From the NCBI GenBank assembly GCA_910578825.1, contig CAJTSB010000014.1:5783-69782 (forward strand): a stretch of DNA of 64,000 bases, given 5' to 3'. This document shows, one piece after another, positions 7,532 through 15,295 of this stretch (within the stretch, counting starts at the first letter, position 1; every line of letters starts with the position of its first letter). This stretch comes from an uncultured Lachnospiraceae bacterium. Lineage in GTDB: Bacteria > Bacillota > Clostridia > Lachnospirales > Lachnospiraceae. The position numbers and the translations under genes were made by a program. Under the pieces are notes generated by a model. That model ran no database searches. It was given only the letters and a program-made list of their open reading frames with translations, and had not been told where the DNA came from.

Positions 7532-10500
7532 TCAAAATAAGTCCATCCCACTTAAGGCGGACAAATATTTACTTAGATATTCCTCGGTAATATCGCTCCA
7601 GCCTTCCAGCAGGTTTTGTAAATACCCGCCGGTAAGTTCGTTCACAACAGGTATCTCATAGCGATCTCCCATTTCTTCATTCGTCATAAGCCCCTGTAAC
7701 TGTTCCCTGCCTTCTGCAGTCTGTTTCCGTTTCCGCAACAGCTCCAGGAATTCTTTGTCCGGCAACGCCTCTACGACATAACCCAGCTTTTTGGCTACCC
7801 CAAACAAATCGGCAAATTTTAATTCTACAGGCGGATACACATGGAAGACCGCCGTTTCACCCTCCGTCGCGGTCAGTACCACGATGTTATGCGCCGTTTC
7901 ATCTACCGGTGAAAAATTCACGCTCCCCTCATACACCGTTAAGGGCACAGCTCCCAGCTTAATATAGGAAGAAAACTGGCGGGTAAAGGCATTGGAATGG
8001 AGATTCATCTGGAATTCCCCGTCCTGTATGCGCCCCTGAAGATTCCCGATGCGCATAATTTTTATGTTCAGCCCATCCTTCACTGCCGCCCGCAACAGCT
8101 CATACTCCGCCATATATTTGGAGTAAATATATTTATTATGTATTTCCTGCCCGATATAAAAATCGGATTCACAAAAACATTCCTTGCAGGCATTCCCCGC
8201 CGTCATACCCGCGACGCTGATGGTGGAAATCTGGCAAAGCGTCGCCTGCTCCTTCCTTGCAAAACGGATCAGGTTTCTTACTCCCTGCGTATTGATCTTT
8301 TCCAGATTATCCCCATAAGAAAAATGGGAAACATTCGCAGCAGAATTGATAATGGTGTGGATTGGAACCGGACACTCCTGGGCAAAAATATCTGGATTGG
8401 CGATATCTCCTTCTACCACCAGCCATTTATCTTCATAACTTTCGGAAAAATCTTCTTCCGCGTAATAAAACAGGGAAGATTTCACGCGTTTCAAGGCACT
8501 GAGGGTCTTCTTAGGCCGGGAAAGACAGACAATTTTGCCGCATATATCCGGATTCTTTAAGAGATCCACCAGAATGTGTATCCCAAGATATCCCGTCGCA
8601 CCCGTTAAAAGCACATTTCCGAGAAACTTACGTTTTACCTCCTTTTGCGTATGTGCGGCAAGGTATTCTCCCATTCTTTTGTAATCCAGGGACGCTATGT
8701 CAAATCCCTTATCCCCGCTGCCGTCTGTCTTTTTAAAAATCTTCTCCAGCAAAAGAGCAGGCGTGGGATACTTGTATAAGTCCCCAAATTCCAGCTGATT
8801 CTCGGCAAGTCCCAGCTTTTCCTCGATTTTAAGCATTACAGACACCGCATTCAGGGAATCTCCTCCCAGTTCGAAGAAATTGTCATCCAACCCGACCTGC
8901 TCTATGGACAACGTTTCTCCGAAAGCTTCGCAGACCCATTTTTCCCTCTGCGTTTGCGGTTTTCTATAGACCCGGACATATTCTATCGGTTCCGCCGCCA
9001 GGGCTTTCAGGTCTGTCTTGCCATTGGGCGTCTGGGGCATGGCATCCAGTTCCTTTAACACATCCGGCACCATATAGGAGGCAAGACGCGTTATCATATG
9101 TGCCTTTAATGCCTTCGGGGTCACTGCCCCTTTCGATAACGCCGTATAAAATCCAACCAGATGTCCGGTCTTTTCGATTTTCCGTATCATACAGCAGCAC
9201 GCCGTCACACCCGGAAATTCTCCCATCACATTTTCAATTTCCGACAATTCTATGCGCAGCCCCCGCAGCTTAACCTGCCTGTCGTTCCTGCCGCAATACA
9301 TAAGCTTTCCTTCATTTGAAAAATATCCCAGATCCCCTGTCCGGTACAGTCGGATGCCCCTCCAGTTAATGTATTTTGCTGCCGTTTCCTCTGGCATGGC
9401 CTGATAACCAATACCCACGCCGTTCCCATATATACAGATTTCTCCTGTCGCACCGAAAGGCACCGGATTTCTCTCTCCGTTTAAGAGGATAATGCCCATA
9501 TTGGCGATCGGCATACCGATGGAAACTGCATCTCCCGCCTCGGTGATGGTGGCTCCGATCGTAGTTTCCGTGGGACCGTAACCATTGTAAATCCGCACCG
9601 GACTAATTTTTTCCAGCCGTTTGACAAGGTTTCCCGGAAGAACCTCCCCAGCCGCCAGGATGGCTCTCACACCTTCCATCGCCTTCAGAAAAGCTTTATT
9701 TTCCAGATATGCCGTAATCCGGGAAGGCGTACAGTGAAGGATATCCGCTCCGTGACGCAGGATATGTGCAGACAGTTCCCCTGCGTCTGTGATTGCTTTC
9801 TCATTGCCCAGCTCCACAAACAGACCGTTCATCAAAGGCACAAAAATTTCAAACAGAGAAATGTCAAAACAAATAGATCCAATAGCCACAATGCCGTGAC
9901 AGTTTCTGGTAATATCCCGGTTAAATGGATTGTTATCCGGGTGAACAATATTGGCTATGCCCCTGTGAGAAAGCATCACCCCTTTCGGGCGTCCTGTAGT
10001 GCCCGACGTATAAATCATATAGGCAAGATCCTCCTGCTGGATTGCCGGTAACAGTGCCAAATCCTCCTCCTGGGATAACAGGGTATCAATTTCTATGTAA
10101 TCATAATTCCCGGCAATTTCTACATCCCCGGATGAAATCAGACAAGCCGCCCCGCTGTTTTCCATAATATAGGAAATCCTGTCCGCAGGATAACCGGGAT
10201 CAGCCGGAATAAAGGCTGCACCCGCTTTTGATATGCCAAGAATCGTCGGAATCAGGCGATAATCCCGCTTTAACAGAAAAGCAATTTTATCACCGCTCTT
10301 TACCCCAAGACGCCTGAGCCCACAGGCAATCCTGTTACTGATTTCTTCAAGCTGCCCGAATGTAAAGGCATATTCTCCCGCATACAGGGCCGGAGCATCT
10401 TTATACTGTTTCGCCGCACGCCGAAACAGGGAAGGAATCGTAAGATCCCTTTCAACCGGAAATGTTTTTCCTTTCATCGAGGTGATTTTCCTGTATTCCG

Positions 10501-11827
10501 TTTCTCCCATTGCTTTGATATCAGAAAGTTTCTTCATTTCCTGTCCTGCTGTATCTGCAAGTTCCACAGGCTCCTTTGCACTGCCCGCTGTTCCCTGCGC
10601 TGCAATCTCCAAAATGGCATCACAAAAATATCCTGCCTTTTCCTCTGTATAGACGTTTTCCCGATAATCCGGCTGTAGATCCAGTCCATCCTTTTCATTG
10701 CGAAAAATATTAAAGGTCAGGTGGTTCGACATTTCCCCTGCCACACTAAACCGAACGCTATAAGGAAAGTCTGCACAAAAAGAAAAGCGGTAAAAATTAA
10801 ACACATATTCTGAAAGGGATTCCCCTGTCAGGTCTTCATCACGCAGGACAGAAAGAATCCGGTTAAAACCATCTCCCTTATGGAGCGACGCCTCCCCTGA
10901 CGCACTCTTTACTTTCCGGCAAAGCTCGCCAAAGGTATCCATCTCTTCCACCTGCACCCTAACCGGAACGAGCAGTGTGTAACACCCCAGCGTATTCATC
11001 TGCCCGGACACACGGTTTAAACGGGGCATCAAAAACACCGCATCCCTTTTGCCCGTAGCCCGGGACAGATATAGGGCATATGCTGCTGCAAAAATATAAG
11101 GAATCGAAACCTCCTCTTTCCTGCCAAATTCTTCCATTTGCTTTAATAGTTTTTCCGGTACGCTGACCCGGCAGCTTCCATATCTGTTTCCATCCGCTTT
11201 CTGAGAAAAAACAGCGCTCTCAAACTCTGCGCCGGCAAAATAGGAACTCCAGAATCCGTCTTCCTTCCCGCTTTCGCCATTATCACCCTCCCCCGCATTG
11301 TTGTTTTCGCAGGCAGACCCCAAAACGTTCTCCGGGAAAAATACTGATCGTTCAATCCTTTTCCCCGCAAGCGCATCCAGCATTTTCTGTGCAAACAGGC
11401 TCATGCCGTAGCCGTCGATGATCACATGATGGAAACGCACATACAAAAAGACGCCTCCCTCTGAAAGAGGGATGACCATTGCCTGATACAGACACTGTTC
11501 CATATTGAACGGTCGCCTGTCCATGGCCGCCATATATTCTTCCGCCAGATCCGCAATCCGTTCCGTTTCAATACTACATTCAGAAATCTTCCTTTCCCCC
11601 CGTGAAATCACCCACTCCTCTTCCCTGAGACTAAGAGAAACGGCAAAAATATCCGCGCTGTCAAGCACAGTATCCGCCGCCTCCTTTACTCTCTGCGAAG
11701 AAAAATCCGGCAGATGGAGTTTCAAAGAAATCGTATTCCGCGCGCTGCCTGGACAGACCTGCTCCGTCATTACAATCTGGGTCTGTGATAAATTAAATCT
11801 GCTCATTTGTTCTTCTGCTGTCGTCAT
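7532..11827 (-). CDS. Non-ribosomal peptide synthetase, C-A-T-R (terminal thioester reductase)
   Basis: 1431 aa. The C domain (~10583-11827) has HHVIIDGYG. The A domain (~8993-10465) has MIYTSGTTGRPKG, FDISLFE, NGYGPTETT and PNGKTD. The T domain (~8738-8965) has FFELGGDSLNA. The R domain (~7535-8635) has LLTGATGYLGIHIL and YIYSK (YxxxK). Confidence 0.92.
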   Translation of the reverse strand: MTTAEEQMSRFNLSQTQIVMTEQVCPGSARNTISLKLHLPDFSSQRVKEAADTVLDSADIFAVSLSLREEEWVISRGERKISECSIETERIADLAEEYMAAMDRRPFNMEQCLYQAMVIPLSEGGVFLYVRFHHVIIDGYGMSLFAQKMLDALAGKRIERSVFFPENVLGSACENNNAGEGDNGESGKEDGFWSSYFAGAEFESAVFSQKADGNRYGSCRVSVPEKLLKQMEEFGRKEEVSIPYIFAAAYALYLSRATGKRDAVFLMPRLNRVSGQMNTLGCYTLLVPVRVQVEEMDTFGELCRKVKSASGEASLHKGDGFNRILSVLRDEDLTGESLSEYVFNFYRFSFCADFPYSVRFSVAGEMSNHLTFNIFRNEKDGLDLQPDYRENVYTEEKAGYFCDAILEIAAQGTAGSAKEPVELADTAGQEMKKLSDIKAMGETEYRKITSMKGKTFPVERDLTIPSLFRRAAKQYKDAPALYAGEYAFTFGQLEEISNRIACGLRRLGVKSGDKIAFLLKRDYRLIPTILGISKAGAAFIPADPGYPADRISYIMENSGAACLISSGDVEIAGNYDYIEIDTLLSQEEDLALLPAIQQEDLAYMIYTSGTTGRPKGVMLSHRGIANIVHPDNNPFNRDITRNCHGIVAIGSICFDISLFEIFVPLMNGLFVELGNEKAITDAGELSAHILRHGADILHCTPSRITAYLENKAFLKAMEGVRAILAAGEVLPGNLVKRLEKISPVRIYNGYGPTETTIGATITEAGDAVSIGMPIANMGIILLNGERNPVPFGATGEICIYGNGVGIGYQAMPEETAAKYINWRGIRLYRTGDLGYFSNEGKLMYCGRNDRQVKLRGLRIELSEIENVMGEFPGVTACCCMIRKIEKTGHLVGFYTALSKGAVTPKALKAHMITRLASYMVPDVLKELDAMPQTPNGKTDLKALAAEPIEYVRVYRKPQTQREKWVCEAFGETLSIEQVGLDDNFFELGGDSLNAVSVMLKIEEKLGLAENQLEFGDLYKYPTPALLLEKIFKKTDGSGDKGFDIASLDYKRMGEYLAAHTQKEVKRKFLGNVLLTGATGYLGIHILVDLLKNPDICGKIVCLSRPKKTLSALKRVKSSLFYYAEEDFSESYEDKWLVVEGDIANPDIFAQECPVPIHTIINSAANVSHFSYGDNLEKINTQGVRNLIRFARKEQATLCQISTISVAGMTAGNACKECFCESDFYIGQEIHNKYIYSKYMAEYELLRAAVKDGLNIKIMRIGNLQGRIQDGEFQMNLHSNAFTRQFSSYIKLGAVPLTVYEGSVNFSPVDETAHNIVVLTATEGETAVFHVYPPVELKFADLFGVAKKLGYVVEALPDKEFLELLRKRKQTAEGREQLQGLMTNEEMGDRYEIPVVNELTGGYLQNLLEGWSDITEEYLSKYLSALSGMDLF

Positions 11828-11833
11828 TTGCGT

Positions 11834-12136
11834 TTATTCCTTATCAATGGTCAGAATATCTGCAAACCCGGTCACATCAAATATCTCCATAATGGTATCG
11901 TTGACATGGGTCACACGCATGCTGCCCTGTTTATTCATGGTTTTCTGCGCTCCTAAAAGAACCCTCAGCCCTGCTGACGACAGATAATCCAAAGACTGCA
12001 TATCAATGGTCAGTTCTTCTATTCCGTCAATAGAACCTTTGATAGCTATCTCAAGCTCCGGCGCTGTATTGGTGTCCAGCCTTCCTTCCAGTGCGAGATA
12101 TAAACTGTTTCCCTTTTGTGTTTTTGTAATTTTCAT
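11834..12136 (-). CDS. STAS-domain anti-sigma-factor-antagonist-like protein (SpoIIAA/RsbV family)
   Basis: 100 aa. The motif DYLSSAGLRVLL aligns with SpoIIAA FMDSSGLGVIL, placing Ser54 (codon 11975-11977) at the phospho-acceptor position. The stop lies 6 nt before the NRPS start. Confidence 0.85.
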   Translation of the reverse strand: MKITKTQKGNSLYLALEGRLDTNTAPELEIAIKGSIDGIEELTIDMQSLDYLSSAGLRVLLGAQKTMNKQGSMRVTHVNDTIMEIFDVTGFADILTIDKE

Positions 12137-12259
12137 GTTTGGCCTCCTCTTTCAACAGTAATAAATTGTTTCATCCTGCTGCCAGTCAGCCTATTATAAC
12201 AAATTATATCCATGATTTAAGGCATTTGGCATGGTTCGTATTTTTTACGGCACAATTTG
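12137..12259 (-). promoter_or_regulatory. Only sizeable intergenic gap inside the NRPS operon; possible internal promoter
   Basis: This 123-nt AT-rich gap lies between the kinase stop and the STAS start. The minus strand contains two TATAAT hexamers (GGATATAATTTGTTATAATAGG) but only weak -35 matches. There is no hairpin terminator. Confidence 0.3.
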
Positions 12260-12667
12260 CTATATGTTCTTTTTGATCTTTAATATATTTTTTCCCTCCC
12301 GGTATTCATAGGAAATATCGTCCATGCTCTTTTTGACCATATAAATGCCAAGACCTCCAATCTGCCGCTCTTCCGCAGAAAGGCTGATGTCCGGCTCGCG
12401 TGTTGCCAGAGGATCGTAGGGCGTTCCGTTATCGATAAAGGTAATCACCACTGCCAGAGGATTTTCCGTCACCTCCACGCGGACAGTGGCAGTGCCTGTT
12501 TTTGGATGATAGGCATAGTGAGCAATATTCCCGAACAGTTCGTCAATGGCAATATCTATCTGCATCTGCACCTTCATGGAACATTCCAGCCGCTCTAACT
12601 GCTGATTCACAAATTCTGTAACCTTTTCAATATTTTCAACTGTTGCGTCAATGATTAATTCCTTCAT
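12260..12667 (-). CDS. RsbW/SpoIIAB-like GHKL serine kinase (anti-sigma-factor type, HATPase_c_2-like)
   Basis: I moved the start to MKELIID at 12667, which is preceded by GGAGGGAATGGGAG. This removes the overlap with the PPTase gene. The N-box is DELFGNIAHY, G1 is IDNGTPYDP and G2 is IGGLGIYMVKK. Confidence 0.8.
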   Translation of the reverse strand: MKELIIDATVENIEKVTEFVNQQLERLECSMKVQMQIDIAIDELFGNIAHYAYHPKTGTATVRVEVTENPLAVVITFIDNGTPYDPLATREPDISLSAEERQIGGLGIYMVKKSMDDISYEYREGKNILKIKKNI

Positions 12668-12693
12668 CTTCTCCCATTCCCTCCACTTTCCTT

Positions 12694-13491
12694 TTATTTC
12701 CACCTGCATCCCGATGGCGTCCTGCTTTCAGTTCTTCCACTTTCCTTCCAGAAACACACTGCCGCACAATATTCCCCCAGCCGGTATTCCCTGAATTCAA
12801 ACTCCCCGGGACAGAGAGCCCGCGCCTCATCGTTCTTCCGGCAAAGGACAATCTTTCCCTCCGACGAAATGGTAATCTCAAAGGCGTCCAGAGAAAGCAT
12901 AAGTCCTGTCCCCACCGCCTTCAAAAAACTCTCCTTTAATGTCCACAACCGGGTAAACGCCTCATCCTGCCGTGTACTACCCTGCTGCCCGACAATAAAA
13001 TCATATTCTTTCCGGGTAAAAAAACGTTTTGCAAGATCCAGATCCGCCTTCTGCAACGGTTCAATGTCGCACCCTGTTTCCACACCTGCAAACACCGCCA
13101 ACGCCTTGTTGCCGGAATGGGACAGATTAAAATGAATATGCGGAAACCGGGGCAGATAAGGCTTTCCATTTTCCCTGTAGGACACCACTGCCTCCCGCTT
13201 AGACAATCCCCAGGCGGACAGCCCCTTATCTACTAAAATTCCCGCCCCCAGTGAAAGCCGTTTATCCCTCAAAAGAACATAGGAATCCACTTTTTTCTGA
13301 CGTTGATGAGACATGGTTTGGTAATAGTTGAAAAAGGTTATCTCATTCTCCAGCTCTCCCGTATCCATCCAATACAGAACGGCTCTGTCTTTTTCCAGCG
13401 GCACAGGGACATTGGACTGTCCGGCACAGGGAGGACATATAAACATCCTGCGCAGGCTGTGCAACACAGGCATCCGTCTCTCTGGTTTCAT
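12694..13491 (-). CDS. Sfp-type 4'-phosphopantetheinyl transferase
   Basis: 265 aa with FNLSHSGNKALAVF, GCDIE and WTLKESFLKAVGTG. The ATG at 13491 overlaps the MATE stop (ATGA), suggesting translational coupling. Confidence 0.85.
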   Translation of the reverse strand: MKPERRMPVLHSLRRMFICPPCAGQSNVPVPLEKDRAVLYWMDTGELENEITFFNYYQTMSHQRQKKVDSYVLLRDKRLSLGAGILVDKGLSAWGLSKREAVVSYRENGKPYLPRFPHIHFNLSHSGNKALAVFAGVETGCDIEPLQKADLDLAKRFFTRKEYDFIVGQQGSTRQDEAFTRLWTLKESFLKAVGTGLMLSLDAFEITISSEGKIVLCRKNDEARALCPGEFEFREYRLGEYCAAVCFWKESGRTESRTPSGCRWK

Positions 13492-15275
13492 CCTTCCTGC
13501 ATCCTTTCTGGTTTCGGTTCCATTTTCAGTTCCATAATCGTGTTATTCATATTCAGTACCCTCAGATACTGAAAGTCAGACATAATTTTCCTGATCAGGG
13601 CAATTCCGCCCAAGGCAATCTTCCCACTTTCCTCTTCCTGCGCCTGATATTCCATGGGATTAAATGGTACGCCGTCATCCCGAATCCGAAGAAGATAACT
13701 GCCGTCCTGAATGGTAAAGCTGATGTCGATAAAGTTTCTGTTATTCCCACGATAGCCATAACGGATAATGTTGGCACAAATTTCCTCAAGAGCCAGCCCG
13801 ATCAGCTTTGCGTCCTTTTCCCGGATGCCATTTTCCTCACAGAAGACGAACAGGGCGTCCCGGAGCTTTATCACATCTTCCAGGTGGTTTTCTATCGAAA
13901 AATCCAGACAGGTTTCCTTCGTTACTTCGGGAAGCATATATCTGCCGCCGCAAGGAAATCTACCGGTATGCTGTCCTACCATGCGATAAAGGACACACAG
14001 CAGGATTGTAAAGGCTTCGCTTATCACAGCCGCCACACACACACCGGGAAGCCCCATCCAGACCATTCCGACCAGCGTAAAAGGAACCACCACGGCAAAT
14101 CCCTGTAACACCGTGATTACAGTGGAAAGTCCTGGCTGCAGAATTGTCTGGTAATAAGACATTAAAAACTTATTATACACATAAAACAGGAAACTAAATG
14201 CAATGATACGTAGCTGCGGTATACACATTTCCAGCATCTGGCCTCCTGTGATGCCGAATAGCGCAGCAATCCACCGAGGAAACAGAAGAAACAGTAACAA
14301 AAGAGCTGCAATGGCAAAATAACTGTATGCCAGCACTTTTTTACACAGCGCACGAATCCCATAATAGTCCCTTTCCCCATAAAGTATTCCCGCAATATTG
14401 GGAATCAGGCCGATCACGCCTCCCACGCACAACTCTGCGATCAGAACCGCATTCGCACAAACAGAATAGACCGCCATGGCGTCATTTCCCAGAAACCGTA
14501 CGATTGCTGAATTGACGATTACAGACTCTAACGCAGACATCAGCGTGAAGGCCGCGCTGGGCACTCCTGCCTTCGCCGCCATCTTCACATAGCGTAACGA
14601 TTGCCTGGTATGTACCGAAAGCTTTAACATCCTGTTTTCAGACCGGAAATAAAAAATCACCGTCACCATGCCCACCAGATAACCGACCACCGTAGACAGG
14701 GCGCTTCCTGCCATTCCCATGTTGAAAACTTTAAGGAACAGAATATCCAGCGTCAGATTTACCCCATTAGCAATCACAAAAAGTGTACTCCCCAATTGGG
14801 GATGATTATCTGCATTCATAAAATAACAGAAAAGAATTGCAATGGTCAGAACCGGGATTCCGCCGAAGTTTACCGCAATATAAGGCTCTGCCAGCGCCGC
14901 CATCTGCTCATTTCCGGCAAGGGAATCAGCCAGCATTCCTGGCAGAAAAGGGGTAAGCAGCGCAAAGAGAAGGGATATGGCACCTCCCGCCGCCAGGGAA
15001 ACTGTAAATATGCCTCCCGCCTCCTTCAGCTTACGCTTTCCCAAAAGCACCGACGCCTCAGCCGCTCCCCCCATAGCCAGCATTAACGCTGGCATCTGAA
15101 GGAAAAGCAGCACTGGCATGGAAAGTTCAATAGCAGCCATAGCTTTGGGTCCTAAAATATTACCCACAATCATGCCGTCTACCACATTGCCAAGCTGCAT
15201 GGCCACAGTCATCAGCACTCCAGGCAGAATATACTGGTGAATCTTTTTATGAATTAAGTACGCATTTCGCTCCAT
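13488..15275 (-). CDS. Fusion protein: MATE-family efflux transporter + C-terminal GHKL (RsbW-like) domain
   Basis: 595 aa. Residues 1-~445 form a 12-TM MATE-like body (compare the second MATE at 25583-26926). Residues 447-595 form a soluble GHKL domain. Confidence 0.8.
   Translation of the reverse strand: MERNAYLIHKKIHQYILPGVLMTVAMQLGNVVDGMIVGNILGPKAMAAIELSMPVLLFLQMPALMLAMGGAAEASVLLGKRKLKEAGGIFTVSLAAGGAISLLFALLTPFLPGMLADSLAGNEQMAALAEPYIAVNFGGIPVLTIAILFCYFMNADNHPQLGSTLFVIANGVNLTLDILFLKVFNMGMAGSALSTVVGYLVGMVTVIFYFRSENRMLKLSVHTRQSLRYVKMAAKAGVPSAAFTLMSALESVIVNSAIVRFLGNDAMAVYSVCANAVLIAELCVGGVIGLIPNIAGILYGERDYYGIRALCKKVLAYSYFAIAALLLLFLLFPRWIAALFGITGGQMLEMCIPQLRIIAFSFLFYVYNKFLMSYYQTILQPGLSTVITVLQGFAVVVPFTLVGMVWMGLPGVCVAAVISEAFTILLCVLYRMVGQHTGRFPCGGRYMLPEVTKETCLDFSIENHLEDVIKLRDALFVFCEENGIREKDAKLIGLALEEICANIIRYGYRGNNRNFIDISFTIQDGSYLLRIRDDGVPFNPMEYQAQEEESGKIALGGIALIRKIMSDFQYLRVLNMNNTIMELKMEPKPERMQEG
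13491..13937 (-). other. GHKL/anti-sigma-kinase-like domain fused to the MATE C-terminus
   Basis: The N-box-like segment is LALEEICANIIRYGY (Asn retained). G1-like is LRIRDDGVPFNP. G2-like is ALGGIALIRKIM. The tail YLRVLNMNNTIMELK parallels YEYREGKNILKIKK of the stand-alone kinase. Confidence 0.7.
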
Positions 15276-15295
15276 ACCCTTCCTCGTTCTCCTCT

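Noticed and set aside
12668-12709. The ORF-track start of the kinase gene (MQVEIKGKWREWEK) overlaps the PPTase gene by 16 nt.
   Set aside because: The internal Met at 12667 is preceded by GGAGGG/GGGAG and begins the conserved domain. The extension is more simply read as the PPTase 3' end plus the spacer.
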